Assembly: GCA_963845755.1 (NCBI GenBank)
Contig: CAWJTV010000005.1
Location: 672,001-736,000, forward strand
Direction: 5' to 3'
DNA length: 64,000 bases
Source: an uncultured Planctomycetota bacterium
Lineage (GTDB): Bacteria > Planctomycetota > Planctomycetia > Isosphaerales > Isosphaeraceae
Shown: positions 1 to 11,800 of the stretch, one piece after another
Position numbering within the stretch: position 1 is the stretch's first letter
How the letters are laid out: each line of letters begins with the position of its first letter
The notes under the pieces: model-generated
What the model saw: the letters and a program-made list of their open reading frames with translations, nothing else
The model's database searches: none
What the model was told of the DNA's origin: nothing
Translations under genes and position numbers: made by a program

Positions 1-1117
1 TTTCTTGGCGAGGTCTCGGAGATCGGACGGCTCGGGAAGCGTTTCCTTGCTAATGGACCCCTGGCTCTTGCTTTCCTCCATCTCCGTCAGCGCGGAATGG
101 TACCGGTCGGCGAAGGGGAACAGCTCGTTCTTCTTGATCGCCTCGAACTGCTCGATGATCTTCGACTGGGCCTTCTCCTCGGCCAGCGCGGCGGCCAGGC
201 TGGCTCGCACATCCTCGAAGGACATGAGGACCGGAGGGGTGAGGTCCGGCTGACCGGCGAAGAGGTCCGTCGGCAACTCGCTCTTGACCTGGTACTCGAC
301 CTTATGATTCTCGTACGCCGTGCGGAGCTCGGCCTCGCTCAATCGATCCTTGATGCCTCGGCTCAGGGCATTGCCGTCGATCGAGAGGATCTCAACCTGC
401 ACCTGGCGGGGGATCTTGAAGCCGGGGGTCGGGCGCGACGGGTCGGAGATGACGGCCTTGTACTGATCGTAGAAGGACTGGATCTCCTGCGGCGAGGGCT
501 CGGGGACCTGGGCGAGGAACTTGTCCGCCGGGATCTCCACGACCTTGGCGGCGACGCGCTCGTTCTGATCGCGATAGGCGCGGAAGACATCGTACGGGGT
601 AATAATGGGGGCACCGAGGAGCTGACGGACGTTCGCCAGTCGCACTTGATTGGCGATATCGACCAGGATCTGGTCGCCGCTAACCTGGTTGTTGAACCGG
701 GCAAGGATCGCCTCGAACAGCTCGCGGGTCATCCGCATCCGGCCCTGGCCCACCTGTTTGAGCCAGAGCCGCCCCATCTCGGCATTGGCCGGGATGCCCA
801 GCCGATCGGCCTCGTGCTCGAGGATCAGTGCATCGACGATGTCCCGGTTCTTGAGACCGCCGAACGGGGTCTGCCCCAGGTACGGGTTCCACATCGACAC
901 GAACTGGTTCGCGTTGCTTCGTTGCATCGCCATCTGGTTGAGGGCGCGTATGGTAAATCGTCTTCCCATACAGCGTGACGACCGGCTGATCGCGCCCGGC
1001 GTAGCTGGGACTCAGCAGTTTCGGCAGGCTGTCGGAGACCACGAAACCGAACATGGCCAGGATGGCGAAGACGGCGAGCAGCTTGCGCTGATGGCGACGA
1101 AAGACCTCAAACGACAT
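1..1117 (-). CDS. PpiD/SurA-like membrane-anchored periplasmic chaperone (3' end runs off the window; frameshift near 950)
   Basis: Starts MSFEVFRRHQRKLLAVFAILAMFGFVVSD (basic N-terminus plus TM helix) at ATG 1117. After a frame change near 950 it reads ALNQMAMQR...IVDALILEHEADRLGI...ITPYDVFRAYRDQNERVAAKVVEIPADKFLAQVPEPSPQEIQSFYDQYK, typical of the SurA-N/PpiD region. Confidence 0.65.
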
Positions 1118-1411
1118 GGAGTTCCTCGAGTTTCGATCGTGGCGTCCGAGTGGGCCCGCGACCGGGACCAACGACAGACCCGAACCGCCGGCCGCGGGGG
1201 TGTTTCCGGAGCCCCCCTCTTGACAGGCGCCGATACCCTAGCTTATGCCGCTTAGAGATCGGGATTCGGCGTCTGAACCGCGGAGGACCATGCTTCATCG
1301 TACCAAGATCTGACGTCAGGACAATCTCAATCGTCGTTCGACGGCCTCGAATACCGTCGAGTAGGATCGTCCAAAGTCGTTAATGGAAAACAGGATAGGT
1401 GGGAACGCATC

Positions 1412-4081
1412 GTGGCAAGCAAGACCAAATCTACGACTCCACGGGATGAAGGCACGGAACCCAAGGCATCGTCGCGGAAGCGTCCGGCGACCCGGAAGGC
1501 GTCTCCGAAGAAGGCTGCGGCGCCTCGCTCGGCTGGAAAGAGCGTGGAGCCTTCGGAAAATGGAACCGGACCGGACCTGGTGATCGTCGAGAGTCCGAAG
1601 AAGGCCAAATCGATCCACAAATTCCTGGGCTCGGGCTATGTCGTGAAGGCGAGCATGGGGCATGTGCGCGACCTCCCTCAGCGCAAGCTCGGCCTGGACG
1701 TCAGCCACGGCTATGCGCCCGACTACGAGGTCGTGCCGGCCAAGAAGGAGACGATCGGCGACCTCAAGAAGGCCGCAGCCCGGGCCGAGATCGTCTTTCT
1801 CGCGACCGACCCCGACCGCGAAGGCGAGGCGATCGCCTGGCACCTCCAGCAGGCCTTGGATATCCCCGATGAACGGGTGCGACGGGTCACGTTCCATGAG
1901 ATCACCGAGCGGGCCGTCAAGGAGGCGTTCGGCCACACGGCTCCGATCAATATGGACATGGTCAACGCCCAGCAGGCCCGAAGGTTCCTGGACCGATTCG
2001 TGGGCTATCAGCTCAGCCCCCTGCTCTGGAAGAAGATCGCGCGAAACCTCAGTGCAGGGCGCGTCCAGTCGGTCGCCGTCCGGTTGATCGTGGATCGCGA
2101 GCGGGATATCCGTGCGTTCGTCACGGAGGAATACTGGAAGATCACCGCGACGGTCGGCCCGGCCGGATCGACGGCCGAGGCCGATCGATTTCGGGCGCTG
2201 CTGGCCGAGTATGCCGGGGCGAAGTTCGAGGCCAGGACCGAGGCCGAGGCCCATGCGATTCGCGATGCACTCCAATCGGTGCCTTACGTCGTGCACAAGG
2301 TCGATGAGGCCGAGAAGCTGGACAAGGCCGACCCTCCATTCAAGACCAGCACGCTCCAGCAGCAAGCGGCGATCCGTTTGAGGTTTTCGGGCAAGCGGAC
2401 CATGAAGATCGCCCAGGAGCTCTACGAAGGGATCGACGTGGACGGTAGCGGTCCCGTCGGATTGATCACCTACATGCGGACCGACAGTCTTCGCATCTCC
2501 GACGAGGCGATGACCGCACTACGGGAACGGATCAAGTCCGAGTACGGCGACCGCTACCTGCCCGCCAAGCCGATCCGCTATGCGGCGGGCAAGATGGCCC
2601 AGGAAGCTCACGAGGCGATTCGCCCCACCGATCTCAACTTCTCGCCGGATCGGATCAAGGGCCACCTTTCCCACGACCAGTTCCGGCTCTACCAGCTCAT
2701 CTACGCCCGATTCCTCGCCAGCCAGATGTCGCCTGCCATCTTCACGGTGACCGACGTGGCGATCGCCGCGGGCCAGGGAGTATTCAAGGCCCAGGGCAAG
2801 GTCCTCAAGTTCGACGGCCATCGTCGCGTCTGGCCGCCGGGCGGCAAAATGGAGGACGAGCTCCTGCCGGCCATGGTCGTCGGCCAGAACCTCGACCTGC
2901 ATGCCCTCGATGCTACCCAGCACTTCACCCAGCCGGCTCCCCGCTACAGCGAGGCCACCCTCATCAAGGCCCTGGAAAAGGAGGCCATCGGCCGTCCCAG
3001 CACCTATGCGCCGATCATCCAGACGATTCAGGACCGCGCTTATGTCGAGCAGAAGGAACGACGGTTCTACGCCACCGACCTGGGAATGGTCGTCACCGAT
3101 TTCCTGGTCGAGCGCTTCCCCAAGATTCTGGACCTGAAATTCACGGCGCACATGGAAGACGAACTCGACTCGATCGCCTCGGCCAAGGAGGACATGGTCA
3201 AGGTTCTCGACGAGTTCTATTACCCGTTCCAGGATGCCCTGAAGACGGCCGAAACGCAGGCGGAGCGGGTCCAGATCCCGACCGACGAGATCTGCCACGT
3301 CTGCGGGGCGCCGATGGTGATGAAGTTCGGCCGGACCGGCCCGTTCCTGGGCTGCTCGAAGTACACCGGGACCGACGAGGGATGCAATGCGACCCGGCCG
3401 ATGGGCGGTACCGCCCGCGCCGAGGCCGTCGAGAGCCAGCACGCCTGCCCCAAGTGCGGCAAGCCGCTGATGATCCGCGAAAACAAGAAGCGCGGCGAGA
3501 AGTTCCTCTCCTGCTCCGGCTACCCCGACTGCAAGGAGTCGTTCAACATCGACAAGGATGGCAACCCGGTCCCCTCGGTGGTCGAGACGGAATACACCTG
3601 CGAGAAGTGTGGCAAGCCGATGGCGTTGCGGCAGAGTGCGCGCGGGTCGTTCCTGGGCTGCACCGGATATCCCAAGTGTCGCAATGCCATGCCGGTCGAC
3701 GACCAGGGGCGTCCGATCCCGCCGGTCAAGGTCGAGATCGCCTGCGAGAAGTGCGGCAAGCCGATGGCCGTGCGCAGCGGTCGGCGCGGGTCGTTCCTGG
3801 GCTGCACGGGGTATCCCAAATGCCGGGGGACTGCGCCGGTTCCGGACGAATTGAAGGAGCAGCTCGCCGAGCAACAGGCCGCAGCCGCACCCGCCGAATC
3901 GGGCGTCGATCTGAAGACGATCGTCGTCGAGGAGACCTGCGAGGACTGCGGCAGCGCGATGGTGGTCCGACGCGGCAAACGCGGGTTCTTCCTGGGCTGC
4001 TCCAAGTATCCCAAGTGCAAGGGGACGCGCCAGCCCAGCGACCCCACGCTCGAGAAGATCAACGCGGTCGTCGGCGTCTGA
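1412..4081 (+). CDS. topA: DNA topoisomerase I (type IA) with five C-terminal C4 zinc ribbons
   Basis: TOPRIM motifs LVIVESPKKAK, SMGHVRDL, LATDPDREGEAIAWH; SAGRVQS; catalytic ITYMRTDS; GIGRPST-like AIGRPSTYA; five CxxCG...FLGCxxYPxC repeats. Confidence 0.97.
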   Translation: MASKTKSTTPRDEGTEPKASSRKRPATRKASPKKAAAPRSAGKSVEPSENGTGPDLVIVESPKKAKSIHKFLGSGYVVKASMGHVRDLPQRKLGLDVSHGYAPDYEVVPAKKETIGDLKKAAARAEIVFLATDPDREGEAIAWHLQQALDIPDERVRRVTFHEITERAVKEAFGHTAPINMDMVNAQQARRFLDRFVGYQLSPLLWKKIARNLSAGRVQSVAVRLIVDRERDIRAFVTEEYWKITATVGPAGSTAEADRFRALLAEYAGAKFEARTEAEAHAIRDALQSVPYVVHKVDEAEKLDKADPPFKTSTLQQQAAIRLRFSGKRTMKIAQELYEGIDVDGSGPVGLITYMRTDSLRISDEAMTALRERIKSEYGDRYLPAKPIRYAAGKMAQEAHEAIRPTDLNFSPDRIKGHLSHDQFRLYQLIYARFLASQMSPAIFTVTDVAIAAGQGVFKAQGKVLKFDGHRRVWPPGGKMEDELLPAMVVGQNLDLHALDATQHFTQPAPRYSEATLIKALEKEAIGRPSTYAPIIQTIQDRAYVEQKERRFYATDLGMVVTDFLVERFPKILDLKFTAHMEDELDSIASAKEDMVKVLDEFYYPFQDALKTAETQAERVQIPTDEICHVCGAPMVMKFGRTGPFLGCSKYTGTDEGCNATRPMGGTARAEAVESQHACPKCGKPLMIRENKKRGEKFLSCSGYPDCKESFNIDKDGNPVPSVVETEYTCEKCGKPMALRQSARGSFLGCTGYPKCRNAMPVDDQGRPIPPVKVEIACEKCGKPMAVRSGRRGSFLGCTGYPKCRGTAPVPDELKEQLAEQQAAAAPAESGVDLKTIVVEETCEDCGSAMVVRRGKRGFFLGCSKYPKCKGTRQPSDPTLEKINAVVGV

Positions 4082-4124
4082 ATCGTTTACCTGTTCGCAG
4101 ATACGGTCTGAGCACGTGTACGCA

Positions 4125-4550
4125 TCATGCGGGCTCGCTTGCAACGGAAGACACCGGTGTCGGTGAGGGTCGGCCCAGCGCGATCGCGTAAGCGGTGGCA
4201 TACGTCCGGCAGTGCGAGATCGAGATCAGGATCTCGCCGATCCCGCGCTCGCGAGCGATCTCGCGAGCTGCCCCGCAGACCAGCACGCGCGGCCGGCCGT
4301 TCTGGCAATTGCGAACTTCGACATGAGTCCAGGCGATGCCTTGACTCCGGCCGGTACCCATCGCCTTGAGGATCGCCTCTTTGGCCGCCCATCGACCGGC
4401 GAAATGCTCGATGGCATGTTTCCTCGCCTGGCAATACCGGATCTCGCGATCGGTGTAGACTCGGCGAAGGAACAACTCTCCGTGTTGCTCGATCATCTTG
4501 CCGATGCGCGGGCACTCGATGATGTCGGTGCCGATTCCGAAGATCTCCAT
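4125..4550 (-). CDS. acpS: holo-[acyl-carrier-protein] synthase
   Basis: GIGTDIIE, FAGRWAAKEAILKAMGTG and ISISH motifs; 141 aa. Confidence 0.95.
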   Translation of the reverse strand: MEIFGIGTDIIECPRIGKMIEQHGELFLRRVYTDREIRYCQARKHAIEHFAGRWAAKEAILKAMGTGRSQGIAWTHVEVRNCQNGRPRVLVCGAAREIARERGIGEILISISHCRTYATAYAIALGRPSPTPVSSVASEPA

Positions 4551-4707
4551 CGCCAGTCCTTCTCTACAATCCTCGGGATCGAGACGACTAGCCCGATTGC
4601 CCGGCGTCGCGGCGACGCGATCGATCCGGATTCCAGTCTAATCTGCCGACGCTCCAGGCACGAGCCCCATTCCTCACTCGTGCGGATCCCGCACTCGGGG
4701 CGTCGCA

Positions 4708-5790
4708 TCAATCGAGCGAATCTTCCTCGCCGATCGCGATCACTCGTTGGATTTCGTCCGTCTTGAAGCCCAGGGCCATGGGCCGCGAAACCTGGGGAAG
4801 CGCGGCCACGTCGTAGAGCTCGCGAACCATTCCCTCCACGCGCAGCCAGTGTGCCACGTCGCCGCTGCGCAAGTCGATGACCAGCAGGCCGCACCGGTCT
4901 TCCGCGTCGCGCTTGGCGAGCTCCTCTTGCAAGACCAGGCCGCCGAACGTCTTGTCGTGGCGGGGGCGAGACAGTCCCACCACGGCGAAGTTTCCGACGA
5001 ACGCGAGGCCGCGCAAGTAGCCCGGGCAGAAGGTCAGCGGCTCGAATTCCCCGCCGGCAGGATCGATACTGCCGAACTGGCCGGTCCCGGAGTTGTGCAG
5101 CCAGAGCCGGCCTCGATACAGTCGTGGCGAGTGGGGCATGGATAGCCCGGAGGCAATCACGCGGCCTCCGGGGATCTCCAGCACGACCCCGCCCCCCTGG
5201 CGCCGGTCGCGCCAGCCGTCGACCACATCGCTGGTGCTGACCGCGGTCGCAAAGCGCGGGCGACCCTCCGCCAGCGCCAGGCCGTTGAGGTGACAGCGAT
5301 CCTCAGCGGCCAGCCTGCTGAGGAACGACGGCCGCCAGAGCGGCTTGAAGCTCCATCGCTCCGAAAGCGTGGCGATGCATCCAAATGCCGTGGCGACGAA
5401 CAACGGCCGACCGTCGGCGTCGATGGCGATGTCGTGGATGTCGAGGTCGCCGGTCGTGCTGGCCGTCTTGGGAACATAGAGACGATCGTAGCCCTGGTAG
5501 CCCTCGCCAGGCCGAAGCAGGTTCTCGAAGCGCCAGAGCTGGTAGAGGGTACTGAGCCAGAGTGTCTGGCCGTCGGCCCAGAGGCCCATGGCACGGTTGA
5601 ATGAACGCTCGAAGACCGCAAGCCGGCCATCCGGGTGACGGCCAAGCAGGAAGAGTTTCCCCGTCTGGTAGGTGGTGAACGCCAGGCTGACCTGGTGCTC
5701 GGCCAGCCAGGACGACAGGTGAGGCGAGCCGGTCACCTCCACCCACGGCTCGCTCGAGACGTTGCTTGCAGAAGATGTCGCGCCGTTCAT
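4708..5790 (-). CDS. TIGR03032/DUF4915 family protein (predicted beta-propeller, function unknown)
   Basis: Motifs SLAFTTYQTGKL, YDRLYVP, TGDLDIHD, EDRCHLNGLA, GLSMPHSPR, FCPGYLRGL, ELYDV. Start is ATG 5790 or upstream at 5814. Confidence 0.88.
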   Translation of the reverse strand: MNGATSSASNVSSEPWVEVTGSPHLSSWLAEHQVSLAFTTYQTGKLFLLGRHPDGRLAVFERSFNRAMGLWADGQTLWLSTLYQLWRFENLLRPGEGYQGYDRLYVPKTASTTGDLDIHDIAIDADGRPLFVATAFGCIATLSERWSFKPLWRPSFLSRLAAEDRCHLNGLALAEGRPRFATAVSTSDVVDGWRDRRQGGGVVLEIPGGRVIASGLSMPHSPRLYRGRLWLHNSGTGQFGSIDPAGGEFEPLTFCPGYLRGLAFVGNFAVVGLSRPRHDKTFGGLVLQEELAKRDAEDRCGLLVIDLRSGDVAHWLRVEGMVRELYDVAALPQVSRPMALGFKTDEIQRVIAIGEEDSLD

Positions 5791-5823
5791 CAATCGGGCT
5801 CTCGCGTGGACCAACCGGGCTGA

Positions 5824-8800
5824 CTATGAACGAACGCGCCATCGTTTGGCGGGGTACCGGTCATCAGGCTCACTGGGGTTCTTCGGCACGTTTCGCGCCA
5901 TCCTCGTCGTCAGCACGATGCCGGCGAGCACACCTCCGGACAAGATCCTGAATCGTGCGTCGAATCGACCCGGGAGTTCAGGACCGCGAGCCCTCGGTTC
6001 CTCGCGTCCGGAATTCCCCCGAGATGCCGGTAACGCCCGATGGTCCGGAAGCGACGCGGGCCGCTCGGTCCGAGGACGGCCGAAATCCATCGGCTTGTTG
6101 GATTCCAGGCCGCGACCCGGCGGCAGCACCGGCAAGTGCGGAAAGAAGAGATCATCATTCCAGGGATCCCCAGAGGGTCGCTGGCTCCCCGTTGAACGGG
6201 TCGTCCGCCATGCCGGGATAATCCTTCAATGCTTCGTCGAGGCCGATCACGAACCGCACCAACGGCGAGCTGGCGCCAATCGGGTGCCTGGCCGACAACC
6301 ACGGCATGCGTTCCGGTTCGTCTCCGGCCGCGCCGTCATTCTCGGACCCGAAGTCGAGGATGGGGACATTCATATACGTGTTGCCCTCGACCGCAACCAG
6401 GACGGCGCCCCCGTTGCCCCTCAGCGACCCTCCGCTTAGCGAGGAGAACGTGCCCAGAGATAAGCCGACCGTCGGCGCGGCGGACACGGACACCGAGCTC
6501 GAGCTGGTCGAGGCCGCCGTACTCGCCGTGCTCACCGCCGTCTGAGAGGAGCTCGCGTTCACGACGCTCGCCGTCAGGACGAACGCCGAGCTCGTTGCGC
6601 TCGAGGATTCCTGGAACGAGTTGAGGGCCGACGACGGCGAGACCGACCCGGGTGATGAGATCGTGCCTGCGGCGCCACCTGCCGCGAACACGAAAATGGT
6701 GTCGGAACCCTCGCTGCTAACCAGAACATCAAAATTCCCACTGGATCGGCTCACGACCTGAATCGCGCTCGGCGAAGTGGGAATGCCTCCTTGAGCCTGG
6801 AGCTCCGACTCCACGTCAAGGCCGTTGCCCTGCGCGTCCAGGAGGCTGACGGCGCCATCGGCGAACGCCACGACGAGCTGGCCGTTTGCGAGGGCCTGCG
6901 CAGCCACGACGGGCCGTGCGGAGTATACGCCCGTGGCGCCGGAGGCGGGATCGTTCAAGTTGAACCGCACGAGATCGCCGCCGGCGGTCACGACATAGCC
7001 CACGCCGGTGTCGCCGATGAACGTGGGCGGTTGGGTCACTGCGCCGCCCAGGTTGAAGAGCGTCTGCGGGTTCTGGTCATCAAAGAAGCCACGACCGACA
7101 CCGGGCAGCCGGGTCACCGTCCCGCTGCCGCCATTGAAGACGATGAGATCGGGAATCTGGTCGCCATTCCCATCGCTCACGGTCACGTCAATCGGCCCAT
7201 CACCGCCAGACTTCAGTCGCGGTCCGGGGATCCCCACCCATTCGCCGTCGGCCGTATACGAGCCGAATAACACGGAGACGTCATTGCTGCCCTGATCGGC
7301 GATCAGCATGTCCGGAATGTCATCGCCGTTGATGTCGGCCACGGTGACACTCGCCGGTGCGGTACCGACGAAGTACGTCTGCGGTGCCGAAGTGAAGGAA
7401 GGCACTCCGTTGGAGATCGAGGTCGTGTGATACACCAGAACGGCGTTACTCCCCGTGCTCACCACGATGGCATCGGGCAAGGTCAACCCTCGGTCCAGGA
7501 CCGCCCACTGGACGTCTCCCGGCGCCAACTGCTCCGACGAGGCCGCCGTACCCAGTGTCTGCACTGGAGTATAACGGTTCCCGCCGGCCGAAGGTGCCTG
7601 GACGGTGACACGGTTGTTCTGCTGGTCGCCGACCAGCACACCCGCCTCACCGGGACCGAGCAAGTTGGGGATCACCGACAGCGACACGCGGCTCCCCTGG
7701 ATCTGGAAGGTGCCGTCGCCTTTGCCTTCCAGGATCAGGACGTCACCGTAGCCATTTCCCACCAGCAAGTTCAAGAGGCCGTGACCGTCGCCTGACACCA
7801 CAGAGAGCCCCGTGGCCTCGGTTCCTACGGCAATGCTGGACGTGTGCTGGAAAGTGCCGTTCCCGTTTCCGGAGTAGATCCAGACCTGACCCGTGTCTTC
7901 CATCAGAACGGCCAGGTCCGTGTGCCCGTCCCGGTTGAAGTCGCCCGCCACGATCGCGACGGGGCGATCATTGATAATCAGGTCGCCGCTGATCGATTGG
8001 GTGAGACCGAGCTGGGGGCTAGCGTAGCCGCCGGCGCCGTCAGCAGCCAGGATCGTGAAGCTGTGGGTCCCCTGGTTGAGGACAGCGAGATCGTTCCGGC
8101 CGTCCCCGGTGAAGTCGCCCGCGACCAGGCTGACCGGCTCCGCGAATGAGCTGACCGTGGGACTCGCCAGGGTTATGTCCAGGCCGTAAAGGCCCGTGCT
8201 GGCGGGAAAGACCAGGGATTGGAGGAAGGTGTGCTGAGGATTGTTGAGCAGGACGGTCAATTCACCCGAAGACTGGTCGGTCACGATGATGTCGGGCCGT
8301 CCATCACCATTGACGTCGGCCACGGTAAGATCCGACGGCGCGCTGCCTGCGGACACTGTGATCGGGGTACTGAACTGTCCGGAGACGCTCTGCATGGTGA
8401 TGGTGACGCTGTTGTCCAGGGCGTTCGCGGTGATCAGGTCGTCGAGCCCGTTGCCTGTCAGGTCGGTGGCGGTGAGGCTGGTGGGGAGGGCCGTCGTGGA
8501 GAACGCGGTCCGGCGAGAGATCGAGCCGTTCGCGCTGACCGTGTAGATCGAGACGGTGAAGACGAATTGATCAGTTGACAAACTGGGGTCGTAGTGGGCG
8601 TCAGCGGCCGCGATTGCGAATTGAGCCCCGATCTGCAGGACCGTGATGGCGCGTGCGGGGCGGCCGGGGTTTAGGATCACGGGCGGGGCAAACGCGTTCG
8701 AGGAGCCGGGAACTCCTGCCCGATAGAGGATGTTGCCCGACTGATCCAGGACGACGCTGTCGAGGAGGCCGTTTCCGGTCAGGTCAGCCAGGAGGGGCGT

Positions 8801-11800
8801 GTCGCTGACACCGACGCCACTGCCGGCCGGCGCCGGCTCGAAGGCGCCCTTGCCGTTGCCCAGAAGTACCCCGAAGGCGCTGTCGTGGTTGTTGATCGTG
8901 ACCAGGTCGGGCCGGCCGTCGCCGTTCACGTCCGCCACGACGGTCTCCACCGGCGCGGTGTCGGTGGCGAACGTCTGCGGCGGCAAGAAGGACCCGTCGC
9001 CGTTGTTCAACAGGACGCTCACCGTGTTCCCGCCGTAGTCGGTAGTGACGATGTCGGCCCGGCCGTCGCCGGTCAACTCGGCCACGGCGACCGAGTAGGG
9101 CCTCGAACCGACCGCGAAGGTTTGGCGGGACTGGAACGTGCCGTTGCCGTTGCCGAGGAACACGCTCACCGTGTCGTCGAACCGGTTGGCGGTGATGATG
9201 TCCGGGACGCCGTCACCGTTGAGGTCGCCCACTGCCAACGACATCGGGCGGCGACCGACCGGCAATGTGAACTGGGACGCAAACGCGACAAAGGTCTGGT
9301 CTCCCCCCAGATTCATCAGCACGCTCACCGTGTCGCTCGCCGAGTTAGCGACGATGACGTCGGGCCGGCCGTCGCCGTTGAGGTCGGCCACCGCCACCGA
9401 GTAGGGTTTCTCTCCGACGGGGAAGACTTCCTGCGGCTCAAAGGTGCCGTCCCCCTTGCCCAGGAGCACGCTCACGGTGTCGCTGTTGTAGTTGGCGACG
9501 ACCAGGTCGGGGACGCCGTCGCCGGTCAGGTCCGCTACCACAACATCGCGCGGGCTGGAGCCCACGGCAATCGTCTGGTTCACGCTGAAGGTGCCGTCGC
9601 CGTTGCCCAGGAGCACGCTGATCGAATCGCCGTTCGAGTTGGTGGTGACGAGGTCAGGTCGGCCGTCGCCGTTGAGGTCGCCCACGGCGACGGAGGTGGG
9701 CCCAGGGCCGACCGAGACGATCTGAGCCGGCTGGAAAGTGCCGTCCCCATTGCCGAGGTGCACGGTCACCGTGTCCTGAAGCTCGTTCGTGGTGAGGACG
9801 TCGAGCTTGCCGTCGCCGGTCAGGTCGGCCACGGCCACCGAATACGTGTCCTTGCCCGCGCCGAAGGGGATAGGAGACTGGAACGTGCCGTCGCCGTTGC
9901 CCATCAAGACCGTCACGGTGTCGGCGTTTCGGTTGCCAACGACCAGGTCGAGCTTGTCGTTGCCGGTCAGGTCGGCCACGGCCACCGAGGCCGGACCAGT
10001 CCCCGCGAGGAAGGTCTGCTGGGGCCGGAACGTGCCATTGCCGTTGCCCAGAAGCACACTGACGCTGTCGCTGCCGTAGTTGGCCGTGACGATGTCGGGA
10101 ATGCCGTCGCCATTGAGGTCCGCGACTTGCACCTCGTTGGGCGCCTTTCCTGCCTGATAAATCTGCGGAGGCGCGAACTCGCCGTCCCCCTCGTTCATGA
10201 GGACGCTGACGTCGTTGTCGCGATAGTTGGACGTGATGATGTCGGGCTTCCCATCGCCGTTCACGTCGGCCACCGCGAGCCCGTATGGCCGAGAGCCGAC
10301 GGGGAATTCCCGCGTCGCTTGGAACGTACCGTCGCCGTTACCCATCAGCACGTCGACCACGGTCGCGCTGAAGTGGCTGACGACCAGGTCGGGGATGCCA
10401 TTGCCGGTCAAGTCCGAGACGACGACTTCGTAAGGACCGGAGGCGACGGGGTAGGTGACCATGGGCTGGAACGTGCCGTGGCCGTTGCCCATCAGCACTC
10501 CCACCGTGTTGTCGTTCTTGTTGGTGACGACGATGTCCGCCTTGCCATCGCCGGCGAGATCGGCCACCTTGACGTCGTACGGATCGCTGCCTGCCGGGAG
10601 GTTAAAGTAAGGCTGGAAGGTGCCGTCTCCCTTGCCCAGGAGCACGCTCACGTCGGCACCGTCGTAGTTCGCCGTGACGATGTCGGGGATGCCGTCGCCG
10701 TTGACATCGGCGACCGCCACCGAAAACGGGCTCCGATCCGTGGCGTAGGTCTGCTTCGTCTGGAACGATCCGTCGCGGTTGCCCAGGAGCACACTCACGC
10801 TGTTGTCGGGTCGATTGGCGGTGATGATATCCGGGATGCCGTCGCCGTTGACGTCGGCGACGACGACCTGAAATGGTGCCAAGGGGGGAGCGGGAACGGA
10901 CTGCTGAGTTCCGAAGGAGAACGTGCCGTCGCCGTTGCCGAGCAAGACGCTCGCAGTGTCATCACCCAGGTTGGCCGTGACGATGTCAACCTGACCGTTG
11001 CCGGTCAGGTCGCCCACTGCTACCCATCGCGGCGTCTTTCCCGTGGGGAAGGTCTCCTGGGGTTCGAACGTACCGTCGCCGTTGCCCAGGAGCACACTGA
11101 CCGTGTTGTCGCCGCGATTGGACGTGACGATGTCCGGGACGCCGTCGCCGTTGAAATCCGCAACCGCCAGCGAGTAGGGATTCAAGCCGACCTTGTAGGT
11201 CTTCTCGGGTTGGAGGGTGCCGTCGCCGTTGCCCAGGAGCACGCTCACATCGTCGCCGACGGCGTTGACGACGACGAGGTCGGGCTTGCCGTCGCCGTTT
11301 ACGTCCGCCACGGAGACCGCGTGGGCGCCCACCCCGGTGGGGTACGTCTCTTCCGGGCCGAAGCTGCCGTCGCCATTGCCCAGGCGTACCGCCACGTTCG
11401 CGCTCACGTAGTCTGCATAGATCAGATCTGGGACGCCGTCGCCGTTGAGGTCCGCAACCGCCACCCCACTCGGGCCGGCGAAGCCCGGCCCTTGGTTGGT
11501 GGGGTAGATGATTGGAGGCCGGAATGTGCCATTGCCGTTGCCCAGCATCACGGAGATCGTGTCGGCGGCGTAGTTCGAGAAGATCAGGTCGGGTTTACCG
11601 TCCCCATTGACGTCCACCGCGGCCACATCGCTGGGGCGGGATCCGGCAGGGATGACGATCTGAGGCTGGAACGATCCGTCTCCATTACCTAGCAGCACGC
11701 TGATCGAGTTCGCACCCTTGTTGACGGTCAGGATGTCAAGCCTGCCGTCGTTGTTCACGTCCGCCAGCGTGACGTGCCAGACCCGCGCACCAATGGTGTA

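Noticed and set aside
8885..11692. 935-aa plus-strand ORF and other long antisense ORFs (2519..4201, 15072..16388, 29684..31309)
   Set aside because: Shadow ORFs opposite well-supported genes; expected in high-GC DNA and lacking recognisable motifs.
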